Assembly (NCBI GenBank): GCA_963755715.1
Contig: CAVWLW010000069.1
Location: 146,890-210,889 of the forward strand
Length of the DNA: 64,000 bases
Reading direction: 5' to 3'
Source of the DNA: an uncultured delta proteobacterium
GTDB lineage: Bacteria; Desulfobacterota; Binatia; UBA9968
Positions 19,499 to 29,610 of this stretch are shown piece by piece. Each line of letters begins with the position of its first letter. Positions within the stretch are counted from its first letter, which is position 1. A model generated the notes under the pieces. It had not been told where the DNA came from, did not search any database, and saw nothing but the letters and a program-made list of their open reading frames with translations. The position numbers and the translations under genes are program-made.

Positions 19499-20680
19499 TC
19501 ACAGCGCTCTATCAACCTCAAGGTCGCTGGTTTCGGCCGGCGACCAGCGCGTTGAAGTGGGCGTTAAAGGTAGTCGGAACGCAGCAAGATAAAAAAGCAA
19601 CCTCAACAGACCATCGTTTTGGACCGCGAGCCGGCTCATCAAGACAGTCCCCTTGACGCTTAATCGTGATATCTTAACCTGACTTCCATCTGTGTAATCA
19701 AGGTTCTTGTTGATCTTGCGTAGGGTTAACAGAGCGAAGCCGATTGCCCAGAGACAGAAATTGCGGATCCCGACTTCCTGCCCGGGAATAAGTAGTGTGT
19801 ATGTCAAGGCGTTTTTCAAGTGTCCGTGGGCGATGCCGATAAGACGCTGAACCCCGCGCTGGAACTCTTCTCGTTTCTCTGCTCTCGTTAAATCGCGGAG
19901 ATCGAGTCCTTCTTCAGCGAAAATCTCTCGGGGCAACCAGCACGCGCCATTCCGATAGTCTTCCCAAACATCTTTCAGGATATTTGTCATCTGCAGGCCC
20001 TGGCCGAAGGAAATTGCCAACCCCATTAAGGCGTCATGACGCTTGGCGATTTCCGGCGAATGGAGACAAAACAGACTAGTCAGCATCTGGCCCACAACGC
20101 CTGCAACGTAATAGCAATAGCGATCGAGGTCCTCGAGAGTTTGCAGACCGTGTTTCTCATTTCGCAGCTGAAATTGTGTCATGCCTTGAGCCATGGTGCG
20201 GACGCAATGCTGCAATGCTTCGCGTTGAGCCGCAGAGAAGCTACGGGCGATTTGGATCACGCGAGGAGCGTTACGAATCAATTCGTGTTCGGCTGGCGAT
20301 GTTTGCTTCGAGAGCGACGCGCACAATTGCCGAGCGAACAGCGCGGCATTTTTTCCGCCGTCTAGGGCTCTTAAAAACTGCTGACAAAAATAGTTCTTTC
20401 GTGCGCCGTCCAAGAGCGGCTCGTCTTCGATGGTGTCAACGATGCGGCAAAGGAGATAGGCATTGGATACAACTCGGTAAAGCGCGGCAGGAAGCTGCGG
20501 AATGGTCAAGGCGAACGTGCGGGAGACTCCCTGCAACATGTCAGATTGAAAGTCATCGTCGCCGGGCCATGCCTTGTTCGGCCCGAGATCTACAGGATCC
20601 GAAAGAGGGGGCGAAGTAAAAGTAAATTGAGGCACGGCGCTTTCGTTTCTAAAAGCATCATGCTCGATCCGTCCCTTCAT
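19499..20680 (-). CDS. Single-enzyme squalene synthase (squalene/phytoene synthase family)
   Basis: VSRTFALTI, YLLCRIVDTIED, YCYYVAGVVG and LQMTNILKD motifs. Confidence 0.88.
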   Translation of the reverse strand: MKGRIEHDAFRNESAVPQFTFTSPPLSDPVDLGPNKAWPGDDDFQSDMLQGVSRTFALTIPQLPAALYRVVSNAYLLCRIVDTIEDEPLLDGARKNYFCQQFLRALDGGKNAALFARQLCASLSKQTSPAEHELIRNAPRVIQIARSFSAAQREALQHCVRTMAQGMTQFQLRNEKHGLQTLEDLDRYCYYVAGVVGQMLTSLFCLHSPEIAKRHDALMGLAISFGQGLQMTNILKDVWEDYRNGACWLPREIFAEEGLDLRDLTRAEKREEFQRGVQRLIGIAHGHLKNALTYTLLIPGQEVGIRNFCLWAIGFALLTLRKINKNLDYTDGSQVKISRLSVKGTVLMSRLAVQNDGLLRLLFYLAAFRLPLTPTSTRWSPAETSDLEVDRAL

Positions 20681-20766
20681 GGTTTACGTTCTCTTGCGGC
20701 CGTCGCTTTTACTTCTTAAATGGTAAATCTTTGCTCTCATTCTGAACGGCTCTTCACTGCGTGCGA

Positions 20767-21717
20767 CTACTCGGTTCTGCCAGTCACGTAACTGGCCATC
20801 TCCCGCAGCGGCTCCGCCGCTTTGCCGTAAGGCTCGATTTCCCTGAGGCATTCAGCAAAAAGGGCTTGTACGCGGTCCCTGGCCTTTGCTTTCCCGGCGA
20901 CCGCTAAATAATTAGCTATGCCCTTGTGGTTGTCCTCCGAGATTTCATGATCGTCCAATATGTCATCCGTAATCTGGAACGCCAGTCCCAAAGAGCGAGC
21001 GTATCGGGTAATCCTGTCGAGATCCTCGCGTGTGGCTCTTCCGATTATCGCTCCGACACGGGCTGCTGTCGTGATCAGCGCGCCTGTCTTCAGGCGATCG
21101 AGATCCTCCAAAACAGCTGGTGTTACCTTGCGTTTCTCCAATTCGAACTCTTTACTTTGTCCGCTGATCATTCCTCGTACCCCGGCTGCCCCGGATATCT
21201 CGCGAATGAGCTTTGCGATCAAAGCACCCCCCAAAATGCGTGTAACGGCGGGGTCAGACACGATAAAAAAAGCTTCCGTAAGTAAAGCATCGCCGGCGAG
21301 AAGCGCTATTGCCTCGCCAAAGCGCTTGTGGCAAGAAGGTTTTCCTCGACGGAAGTCGTCATTGTCGAGTGAAGGCAGGTCGTCGTGTATCAGCGAGTAG
21401 CAATGAATCAACTCAATCGCGCAGGCAAAAGACAGCATCGGAGCGCGTTTGGCGCCGAACAGTTCTCCGACCGCTAAAGTCAATGTGGGGCGGAACCGTT
21501 TCCCCGCATCCAGAACGCTATAACACATGGCTTGATGAAGCAGCGGTGGAATTTGGGGAACTCTTGTTTTCAGGTATTGGTCTAAAGCATCGTCAATGAG
21601 CGATTTACACTGATCAAAATATTGGCGGCTATCGATAGCTGTCTGAGCGGCATTCGTCTGGCCCGAGTCTTTATGAGTTCTCTTTTTGAGAGTGGTAATC
21701 GTGAAGTTGTATCCCAT
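20767..21717 (-). CDS. ispA: Farnesyl diphosphate synthase / geranyltranstransferase
   Basis: GKRFRP, SLIHDDLPSLDNDDFRRG, KTGALI and FQITDDILD motifs. Confidence 0.9.
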   Translation of the reverse strand: MGYNFTITTLKKRTHKDSGQTNAAQTAIDSRQYFDQCKSLIDDALDQYLKTRVPQIPPLLHQAMCYSVLDAGKRFRPTLTLAVGELFGAKRAPMLSFACAIELIHCYSLIHDDLPSLDNDDFRRGKPSCHKRFGEAIALLAGDALLTEAFFIVSDPAVTRILGGALIAKLIREISGAAGVRGMISGQSKEFELEKRKVTPAVLEDLDRLKTGALITTAARVGAIIGRATREDLDRITRYARSLGLAFQITDDILDDHEISEDNHKGIANYLAVAGKAKARDRVQALFAECLREIEPYGKAAEPLREMASYVTGRTE

Positions 21718-21972
21718 GTGTGGCCTGAACCGAGGTTTAGCTCATTTTATCCCGTCTGATTTAATACTATTACTCCAATTTCTTTGGTTTTTTCAACCCG
21801 TCCACTACGAGTTTCTGACGGTTAAGATTTTACAGCACGAGCCTATTCACGTTGTTCGTCGTGCACTCGATTTAGAAGAAACAATTTCTCTTCATGAAAA
21901 AACCGACGTCAACCCCGAAAATGACGAATTTCATTGGGCCTTGGCCAATCGCGCGGAACCTTTTACGCGGTC

Positions 21973-22182
21973 CTATTCCGCGCCTTTGATAAACGCTTCG
22001 GCGCGCTTCGTCACCGGCAAACTGTGGCGGCGGCTTCATAAAATAACTCGAGATCCGACGAGCGCGTCGCCGATACCGCGGTCAACGCCAACGTGGCGCA
22101 GCCCATCGACCACCACTCCCGCCTAATCGGTCGAATGCCAAACCTCGACTTTCATTTTGCAGTTGAGCGGACGAACGCCTGG
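21973..22182 (-). pseudogene. ino1: Decayed 3' fragment of myo-inositol-1-phosphate synthase
   Basis: PLNCKMKVEVWHSTD*AGVVVDGLR..DRGIGDALVG..SYFMK..AEAFIKG resembles the bacterial Ino1 C-terminus KLEVWDSPNSAGVIID...DRGIGG...YFMKSPP. Confidence 0.7.
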
Positions 22183-22271
22183 AGAATCTTTAGGAATGGC
22201 CTCGCTAACAAGGCGCGGTCTCGGCAGGATCAGCGAGAGCAGCAAAAATCTCTGCTGTTTGATTGCTTCGC

Positions 22272-23324
22272 TTACTGAGCCGCTAATGGATACATCCGTT
22301 TTGGATTCTCGAAACAAATCTTTTGTTTGGTCTCGGCATGAACATCTTCGCGCGCCATGAATTTCTGGATATTTTCATGGAACTCCGAACGCGGCTCGTG
22401 CGGGAAATCCGTCGCGCAAAACAAGATATCGTCGCGCAGCAACTCGGCGATCTGAGCGATGCCGCGATCTTCCAGCTCGCAGTGAATGAAGATTCGGCCG
22501 CTCTTGAGGTGCTCCGAAGGCAATTTTTTGCATGAGGGGACCTGGGTGTTGCGATGCTCATATTCCATATCCAGCCGCTCCATCAAGTACGGCACCCAAC
22601 CACAGCCGGCTTCGGCGTACGCCACCTTAAGTTTCGGAAACTGATCGTAAACTCCGTTGTAGATCATGCTGGTCATCTGAATCATCTGGCCAAAACCGTG
22701 GCTGAGAGCGCGAACCTCGATCAGCCGGTCGAAGGAGTCAACGCCGATACCTTGTGTGGGCGCCGCATGCACCGCTAGTAGAGCGCCCAGTTTTTGTGCC
22801 GTCTCGTACACAGGAAAATATCTCTCATCGCCGAGGGGCTGCCGAAGTCCGACCGCTGGAAGAACAGCGCCCACGAAGCCAAGTTCATTGACGGCGCGTT
22901 TCAATTCCTTAACCGCGTCAGGAATCGATTGAAGCGGAATCAATGCCATCCCTTTAAGACGCTTTTCCGGCTTGGTGAAGGTTTCGTATAAATAGTTGTT
23001 ATAGCCGGCGGCAACCGCGCAGGCCCAATCCTTGTCTCTGACGAGTCCAAAGGTCAGCCCCGCCGTCGGATACAACACCGACCAAGCAATCTGATCTTCG
23101 TCGAGAAACTCCTGCCACTCCTTCAAACTCCCTTTGGCAATGTAGCGCCCCTTGCCATCGGCAACCCTTCGCGCCTGGCGGTGGAAACCATCCAGCGTCG
23201 GAAAAAATGGAAACGCCAACAGATCCTCGCGGCCTTTAAACGGCGCGGGTAAAAACTGCAAGAGTTCGCGATCGCTTTCAACGACATGACCATCCGCGTC
23301 GATGACGCCTTTGATGTTGGCCAT
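22272..23324 (-). CDS. Amidohydrolase_2 family protein
   Basis: IDADGHVVE, VLYPT, LAVH, AEAGCGW and ATDFPH motifs. Confidence 0.9.
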   Translation of the reverse strand: MANIKGVIDADGHVVESDRELLQFLPAPFKGREDLLAFPFFPTLDGFHRQARRVADGKGRYIAKGSLKEWQEFLDEDQIAWSVLYPTAGLTFGLVRDKDWACAVAAGYNNYLYETFTKPEKRLKGMALIPLQSIPDAVKELKRAVNELGFVGAVLPAVGLRQPLGDERYFPVYETAQKLGALLAVHAAPTQGIGVDSFDRLIEVRALSHGFGQMIQMTSMIYNGVYDQFPKLKVAYAEAGCGWVPYLMERLDMEYEHRNTQVPSCKKLPSEHLKSGRIFIHCELEDRGIAQIAELLRDDILFCATDFPHEPRSEFHENIQKFMAREDVHAETKQKICFENPKRMYPLAAQ

Positions 23325-23414
23325 TGCGTGATTCCTCCCTTTGCATACCCGAGTTTGCCCGAGATTACCGCACGGTGCAAATCATACGCCGCAATCACAT
23401 AATGTAAAAAATCT

Positions 23415-24296
23415 TCATAGGGAAAACAGGGTCGACAACGGGGCTTTGTGGGGGATCTGTCCTACTGCGACGAGCAAATCCATCTCGGCTTCAGCAAGTT
23501 TTTGCTCCTTTTCCGTAAAAGTAAATTCGACCTTTGGATAACGCGCCGACGCCAGCAGCGCTTCCCGATCACCGCCATAGCGCGCAATAAAGGCCGCGGC
23601 GATCTCTTCCAAATGGTCTTCACTATAGGCAAACGAAGCGCGAAATGCTTTGAGCAATGTGTCCTTGATGCCCGGATGCTGCTGCAATAAATCCTCGCGG
23701 GCGGCGACCATGTGTTTGATCAGTTCATCGAACCCATGAAGTTTTTTCCAGGCCTCGCCGTCCGTGTAGAGACAGGTAACACCCGCCGCAACTTCACCGC
23801 GGAAAAAGAAATGGTCGAGCAACACAACGGCGTCCGCTTTACCGCTTATGAGCGCGTCGAGGAGTTTTTCTTGCGGGTAAGATTCCCACTTTAGCTTCTT
23901 GTCGTCTACGCCGTAAACCCGCCGCAGCAAATATTGATGGATCGCGTGCAAACCCTGGTGCGTGGCGATGAGCCGCCCTTCGAGATCTTTGGGCGTCTTG
24001 ATCGGACCGTCCGCGCGCACAAAGACGCCGTTGCCTTTCATCGTCGACTTCCATTCCGTCGCCAGACCGATGATCGGCGCGCCTTGCAGTTTGCGCCGAA
24101 GGAAGTTTGGCAGGTAAAGATTCGCCGCCTGCACGTCGCCGCGAATTAACGCTTCCTCCTGCTCCTTACTCGGCGGGTCCGGCAACTCGATGACTTTCAT
24201 GTTGATCCCGTCCGGCTTGATCTTTCCCACAGCCAAGGCGTAGTAGGTGCGAAACATGCAGAAGCGATTACGATAGTGGGCGAAGGTGAGATCCAT
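23415..24296 (-). CDS. Type-2 periplasmic-binding-fold protein without signal peptide (NMT1/SsuA/MqnD/PhtD-like)
   Basis: ALAVGKIKPDGI, IKTPKDLEGR and ALISGKADAVV motifs. No hydrophobic N-terminus. Confidence 0.7.
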   Translation of the reverse strand: MDLTFAHYRNRFCMFRTYYALAVGKIKPDGINMKVIELPDPPSKEQEEALIRGDVQAANLYLPNFLRRKLQGAPIIGLATEWKSTMKGNGVFVRADGPIKTPKDLEGRLIATHQGLHAIHQYLLRRVYGVDDKKLKWESYPQEKLLDALISGKADAVVLLDHFFFRGEVAAGVTCLYTDGEAWKKLHGFDELIKHMVAAREDLLQQHPGIKDTLLKAFRASFAYSEDHLEEIAAAFIARYGGDREALLASARYPKVEFTFTEKEQKLAEAEMDLLVAVGQIPHKAPLSTLFSL

Positions 24297-24341
24297 GGTG
24301 ATTCCTCATTCAATACTAAGCATCGAAGTCCCGCATTTCTA

Positions 24342-25598
24342 TTAAGTAGTCGGACTTCGCAGGGTCTTCGCCACTTCTTCCTTGTTCTTGTTGCAGATAT
24401 CCAATGCGGCCATCGCATAAACCTTGGTGCAGTTCACCATATTGGTGATGCCGACGCCGCGACGCACGCCGGTCGGCGAATCCCATTCTTCTCCCGCTTT
24501 GGTTTCCGTCGGATCGACGAGATGCGTGCCAAATCCCGGACCATAGGTGATCGCCGGCACGCCGTACGCTGCGATGCGCGAGCCGTCGCTGGTGATACCG
24601 TAACGGATCGGCTTCGCGTAAGGCACATCCGCGTTAAAAACTTTTTTGTGCGCCTCTTCCATCGCCTTGACCAGAGGCTCGTCTTTGGAGATCTCGTAGC
24701 CGGGCGTCGTCAGATAGAGATCCACCCGAATATCGAGGATATCCGACTCTTGTTTGCGAACGTTTTCACAAACCTGCTCGATTTCGCGCTTGAGCGCGAG
24801 CGGCGGCGTCCCGGGCAGCATCTTAACGATGACAAAGATATCGGTCGTGGGACGAGTTCCGGGCTTAAACGCGTTGCCACCGTCAATGGCGCCGATCTGC
24901 ACCGTCGGCAGCATAAATGGATGCGTATATTTGCGCTGGTACTCTTTTTCCCAATCTTGAATCGCTTGCGCCACCTTGCATGCGGCGAGCACAAATTTTG
25001 TCGCCTTGCCGTCCACGCTGACGCGCGCCCATAACAGTCCGGAGTTGCCAATTTGCAATTGCAATCCTGTGGGCTCGCCGATAATGCACATGTCCGCCAT
25101 CACCCCATGGTCCATCAAGTAACGCGCGCCGACGCCGGCGCCGCGATAAGTCTTGCCCTGAAAGCGCCCGACTTGCGCTTTTTCGATCTCGCCGACGACG
25201 CCGGCAATGATCAAATCGCCTTTTAGCTTGACGCCGGCCTTCTGAAGCGCCGACACGGCTTCGATGTAACACGGAAACGCCGCCTTCATATTGACCAGTC
25301 CGCGGCCGTAGATGCGGTCATCATCGACAACGGTTTCTTGCGGACTATCGAAATGGTCCATATGCGCGTTGAACATCAACGTCGCGCCCCCGCCGGTTCC
25401 TTTCAGCGTGCCGACGACATTCGGCCTGCCGTCTTCAACGTATTGATACTCGACCTGCATGCCGAGCTTCTCTAACTCGCTGCCAAGATATCTTGCCACG
25501 CCCTCTTCCTCGCCCGTGATGCTGACGATATTGGCCAGGTTGCAGGCCAATTCGATGATTCGATTGCGATTCACTTGATTCAAGACTTGTTCACTCAT
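24342..25598 (-). CDS. M20 metallopeptidase (ArgE/DapE-like), variant active site
   Basis: RPNVVG, LMFNAHMD, GRGLVNMK, VGEIE, IIGEPT and YGPG motifs. Confidence 0.85.
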   Translation of the reverse strand: MSEQVLNQVNRNRIIELACNLANIVSITGEEEGVARYLGSELEKLGMQVEYQYVEDGRPNVVGTLKGTGGGATLMFNAHMDHFDSPQETVVDDDRIYGRGLVNMKAAFPCYIEAVSALQKAGVKLKGDLIIAGVVGEIEKAQVGRFQGKTYRGAGVGARYLMDHGVMADMCIIGEPTGLQLQIGNSGLLWARVSVDGKATKFVLAACKVAQAIQDWEKEYQRKYTHPFMLPTVQIGAIDGGNAFKPGTRPTTDIFVIVKMLPGTPPLALKREIEQVCENVRKQESDILDIRVDLYLTTPGYEISKDEPLVKAMEEAHKKVFNADVPYAKPIRYGITSDGSRIAAYGVPAITYGPGFGTHLVDPTETKAGEEWDSPTGVRRGVGITNMVNCTKVYAMAALDICNKNKEEVAKTLRSPTT

Positions 25599-26035
25599 GT
25601 TTTCCTCCTAAATCTTCGTTCTCTGTTCAAATTCTTTCCTGATCCATTGTCCTTATGAAACTCGCTAACCGACAAGGCACGAAGCGTCTCGTTCAAAAGC
25701 TGAATATCACGTCTGAGAAGCTTTATGATGACATCTTCTTCTGGGCTGGCGCCGTGCTTATCGATGTTGGCAATTGTTTCTTCCATCCGGGATGCTGCGC
25801 GCAAGTGCGTGCGCAGGTCTTTTTGCACCGCGCGTTTCATCTCAGGGAACCCTTTAAACCCTAGACTTTGAGTGAACCGCACGACGGTGGATTCACTGAT
25901 TCCAACAACGCGGGCGAGATCCCCCGTTGTCGTTAGGACCGCGGCCGTATTGTCGTTGAGGATATATTGTGCCAAGCGTTTCTCTGTCGCGCTTAAGGAG
26001 TCGACTTTCTTCTGGATCTGCGTTTGGAGATTCAT
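25595..26035 (-). pseudogene. RpiR/MurR regulator, HTH only (SIS domain missing)
   Basis: LSATEKRLAQYIL...LARVVGISESTVVRFTQSLGFKGFPEMK. Similarity ends where the SIS domain should begin. Confidence 0.7.
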
Positions 26036-26585
26036 CGAGTTAGGGGCAAAGGCGCAACTCCTTCTAGTATGGTTTGCGCGCCAGTATCAAGCTGACCTGG
26101 TTTGTCGATCCCAGGATGATTCTTTAACTGTCATTCCGAGTAAAACGAGGATCTTTCTTGTTGCGAGCTGGGTTGGCAATCGGATTGGAGGAGCTTCATC
26201 GGAAAGATCTAACAAGCAGGCGGAAAGATCTCATGCACTTTGATTGTTCGCAGCACCAGCCCTGCCTCAATTGCGACAAAATTAAACTCAGCGAAAATAG
26301 ATCTCACGAAACTCCTTGCTGTATTTGGACAATTCTTCCCCTACGCTCGGGTCAGGCTGCAAGAACCGACGATCTCGACGAAGCCGATTGCTGAAAACCG
26401 AAGTTCCTACAAGAGTTGGGTTGCGAAACGCAAATCGATCGTCTGGACGGTTGGATGTGGAACCGTTGATCCCGGAGATGCATCCTAGCAAGCTAAACAA
26501 AGTTTAGATGCACCCCATCAAGAAATGAGCGCCAGCAAGCGTTTCGACAAATCGCTTTGTAGAACGCGCAGTTTTGAAACGAGAT

Positions 26586-27584
26586 CTATTTACTCGTTCT
26601 CGCATCCGACAGTTTCTTGAAAAATCCTTCTCTTTCCAATTCGTTGATCAAGCTCTCATCGATAAACTGCTCGACATTGATTTCACCCCTGGCTTCACGG
26701 TCGCGGTCGCTCACCAGCTCGAGCGCATTGCGGATACCGTCGCGCTCGATCCTTGGCGGAAAAGAAAATTTGGGCGCGAAGTAATCGTAGGTCGCGTCGA
26801 GCACTTTCGAGTCTTGCTGCTTGAGACGATTGGCGTAGACCGTCAGCGCTTTTGCTTTGTCGGTTTTGAAGTCATAAATCGCCTCGCTGTAGGCGCGCAC
26901 AAACCGCTTCACCGTGTCGCGACTTTTCTCCAGAAACGAGCGCCGCACCGTGATCACGGTTTGAGGAAAGGCTGCCTTCAAATCGCTCAGGTGCGCGAGA
27001 ATATTCATGCCCAGGCGAGTCGCGACCAGCGTCTCCGGCGGCGACAATACCGACGCGTCGATTGCGCGCGTGGACAACGCCGCAAGTCGCTCCGGCGCGC
27101 CGCCGCTGGCGAAGATCGTCACGGATTGCCGCGGGATATTCCACTCTTTAAGGGCCAGAGTGATAGCCAGATCGGTGGAACCGCCGAAATTGAGAATGCC
27201 GATTTTTTTGCCGATCAGATCGGAGGGCTTGCGGATTTCTTTTTGCGCTACGACGCTGAAGGGAAATTTATTGAGCGCCGCGGCGACAATGACGAGGTCG
27301 CCGCCGCGCAAACGGATGGGAATCGACGCGCTGGCGGAGCCCTGAGCAAAATCGCTGCTTCCAGAGATCAGCGCGGCCATGCCGCGGGCGCTGCCGGTAA
27401 TCAGCACCATCTCCGTTTTCAGGCCGTGCTTCTTGAACAGCTCCAAATCCTTGGCGGCCCACAACGGCCCTTGGAACCCAGCATAACCGTCATAGCTGAC
27501 GACCACGCCGTCCTGCGCGCAAAGCGCGAAAGGAATTGCCAGCGCAAAAACCAATCCCGCGAAGATTCTCAGCGCCGACTTCAC
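26586..27584 (-). CDS. ABC substrate-binding protein, NMT1/SsuA type
   Basis: Signal peptide, LWAAKDLELFKKHGL and DLIGKKIGI. GTGA overlap with the upstream gene. Confidence 0.85.
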   Translation of the reverse strand: MKSALRIFAGLVFALAIPFALCAQDGVVVSYDGYAGFQGPLWAAKDLELFKKHGLKTEMVLITGSARGMAALISGSSDFAQGSASASIPIRLRGGDLVIVAAALNKFPFSVVAQKEIRKPSDLIGKKIGILNFGGSTDLAITLALKEWNIPRQSVTIFASGGAPERLAALSTRAIDASVLSPPETLVATRLGMNILAHLSDLKAAFPQTVITVRRSFLEKSRDTVKRFVRAYSEAIYDFKTDKAKALTVYANRLKQQDSKVLDATYDYFAPKFSFPPRIERDGIRNALELVSDRDREARGEINVEQFIDESLINELEREGFFKKLSDARTSK

Positions 27585-28342
27585 TGCTGTCCTCTGGCGG
27601 CCGCATTCATGCAAGCATCGAGAATCACGCCGTGGAGATCGATGCAGCTCAAAGCGCAATATTCCAGCGTATAACCCGGCCTCACCTCCGCGCCCTCTTC
27701 CAATAGTCGGCGCAACACCATTTTCCGGAACTCCCCGTGCCCCATGATGCCGCCCTCGTGCTCTCGCGTATCAGCTTCTTCGTGGAGCGAAAAATACACC
27801 GCCTGCTCCGCGGTCAGGCCGTAGTGAGTCGTCAAAGCGGTGAATACTTCGCCCGCCCAATGGCCGAACTGCTCCTCGGTAGCGCCGGTGGCATAGAACT
27901 CTGCCACCGTGCCTTCCCAGACAATGGCGCGAAAGTAATCGATCTTGGCACGGAACTCGGCCAGCATGGGAGAGACAAAGACTTCATCCTCGCTGATGCC
28001 CAGCGCTTTCGCCGTTTCTATAACCACGTGAATATGACCCGGCGGTTTCGGATGGATCAACTCATCCGCCAGTTTTTCCGCCATGGCCGCCATTAGGTCC
28101 CGATGCTTACGAAAGAAGTGAATGTGTTTATGATACGAAGCCGCTTCCAGCGTGTTGATTTCGATCGTATACGCGGCCCAGTTCTTGAAAAACAACCGGA
28201 ACGTTTCCTTTGAAAGTTTCCCCGCAACCAGAGCTTTCATGAATTGTGTGCTGCTGACCCGCTGGCGCCAACGCTCGGCTACCTGCCGATAGATTCCGTC
28301 GACGAAAGCTTTGGCTTCCTCGCCAGTCATTTTGACATTCAT
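27581..28342 (-). CDS. Heme-oxygenase-like (TenA/PqqC/CADD) putative diiron enzyme
   Basis: FMKALVAGKLS, DE...PGH, ATEEQ and YFSLHEEAD...H motifs. Confidence 0.75.
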   Translation of the reverse strand: MNVKMTGEEAKAFVDGIYRQVAERWRQRVSSTQFMKALVAGKLSKETFRLFFKNWAAYTIEINTLEAASYHKHIHFFRKHRDLMAAMAEKLADELIHPKPPGHIHVVIETAKALGISEDEVFVSPMLAEFRAKIDYFRAIVWEGTVAEFYATGATEEQFGHWAGEVFTALTTHYGLTAEQAVYFSLHEEADTREHEGGIMGHGEFRKMVLRRLLEEGAEVRPGYTLEYCALSCIDLHGVILDACMNAAARGQQ

Positions 28343-28373
28343 CGTCCTTTTCCTCGTGATCGTTGTCGCCGAT

Positions 28374-29441
28374 TTAGAATTTCAACCGAACTTCGACGCC
28401 TCGTTTGGCGCACTCTTGGACAAAGGTCTGATGGATCTCCGGATCCTGATCCTTGTAATCGATCTGTGTGCCGCCGGCGGCTTCGACTTCCAGCGTCTTC
28501 ACCAAGTCTTCTACCTGATAAGTAAATCCCCAGGGTTTCAGAGCGAGATAGCGCGCGGGTTCCTTTCCCGGATTGAAATGCTGATGAAACCATTTCGCCG
28601 GCGGCACGAACATCGTGCCCGGCCGCCAGTCGATGCGCGTGCGCGGCTTTCCCGGCTCCCAAAGGAGCGAGTATCCTTCGCCTGAAAGGATCACGATGTG
28701 CGCGCCCGGCCCATGCCAGTGAGCGCGAGGATAAGTTCCCACGGGGTATTCCTCGATATGCGCGCTGATGGTGTTCGACGAGAAATGGAGCAAAATACCG
28801 CTCGCTCCCTGTCCGCGCGCGCTGTGATCGATCAATTTGAATCCAGGGACGTCCGCGATGAAGTTCGAATCCCACGTGCGGTGGCTCTCGACCACCTTGC
28901 CCTTGCCGCTGAAAAATCCCTCTTCGCCGCTAAAGCGATCAGCAAATCCGAAGGGATTGCCGAAGATAAAATCCAGATTACGAAACCGGTTGATCATCAC
29001 CGGCGCGTCTGTGAGCGCGACGAATCTCGCCGGCTCATCGCGTTGAACGTTGAAATGCTGGCGCCAGGTATTGAGCGGCGGCGAAAACATGCTGCCTTCT
29101 TGCCACTCGAACGTCTGCTTGCGGCCGCCTTCGGTCCAAACACTGGTCGCACCGCGCCCTTTGACGACATAGATCAACTCTTCAAAGAGATAGCGCTCGG
29201 GCAAAGTTTGTTCTTGGGCCGGGATTTCACACACGTAACTGTCGCAACTGCGTCCGGCGCCGAGCATATTGATCAGGGCGCCCGAAACTCCCTTTCGTTT
29301 CCACGGTCCCACCGCCACCGTCGTCAAATCATCGATGGCGAGACCCTTGTAAATCGGCACGCCTTCCGTTTCCTGCCACACTTCATAAGGCGTTTTATCG
29401 CTGTAGGCCGAATTCTTGGTGAGATCCAAACTCATGTCCAT
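28374..29441 (-). CDS. Bicupin (gentisate-dioxygenase-like)
   Basis: EELIYVVKGRG, FEWQEGS, AHWHGPGAH and WFHQHFN. Only the C-terminal cupin keeps the His ligands. Confidence 0.8.
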   Translation of the reverse strand: MDMSLDLTKNSAYSDKTPYEVWQETEGVPIYKGLAIDDLTTVAVGPWKRKGVSGALINMLGAGRSCDSYVCEIPAQEQTLPERYLFEELIYVVKGRGATSVWTEGGRKQTFEWQEGSMFSPPLNTWRQHFNVQRDEPARFVALTDAPVMINRFRNLDFIFGNPFGFADRFSGEEGFFSGKGKVVESHRTWDSNFIADVPGFKLIDHSARGQGASGILLHFSSNTISAHIEEYPVGTYPRAHWHGPGAHIVILSGEGYSLLWEPGKPRTRIDWRPGTMFVPPAKWFHQHFNPGKEPARYLALKPWGFTYQVEDLVKTLEVEAAGGTQIDYKDQDPEIHQTFVQECAKRGVEVRLKF

Positions 29442-29610
29442 TCCTCATTTCGGTGGATTTTTGGGGCCTCATCCTTCCTATGCGTTTTTGTATGTTGAAC
29501 TACGTAATTTCTGGTTTTCATCTCCCATATAAAACAAAATGTTAGCTGTCAATCAGAAGTAGTTTTGATATGTTGAATTCCATGACACTGGGCGAATGCG
29601 GGCGAATTGC

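Noticed and set aside
26050-26520. Possible REP-like element (TGTCATTCCGAG...CGAGGATCT) and decayed binding-protein tail (FLQEL..IDRL)
   Set aside because: Single copy and too degenerate to support without a search.
26574-27674. Long antisense ORFs (26574-27674, 24276-25034, 28698-29498, 36848-37696)
   Set aside because: Shadows of well-supported genes on the opposite strand.
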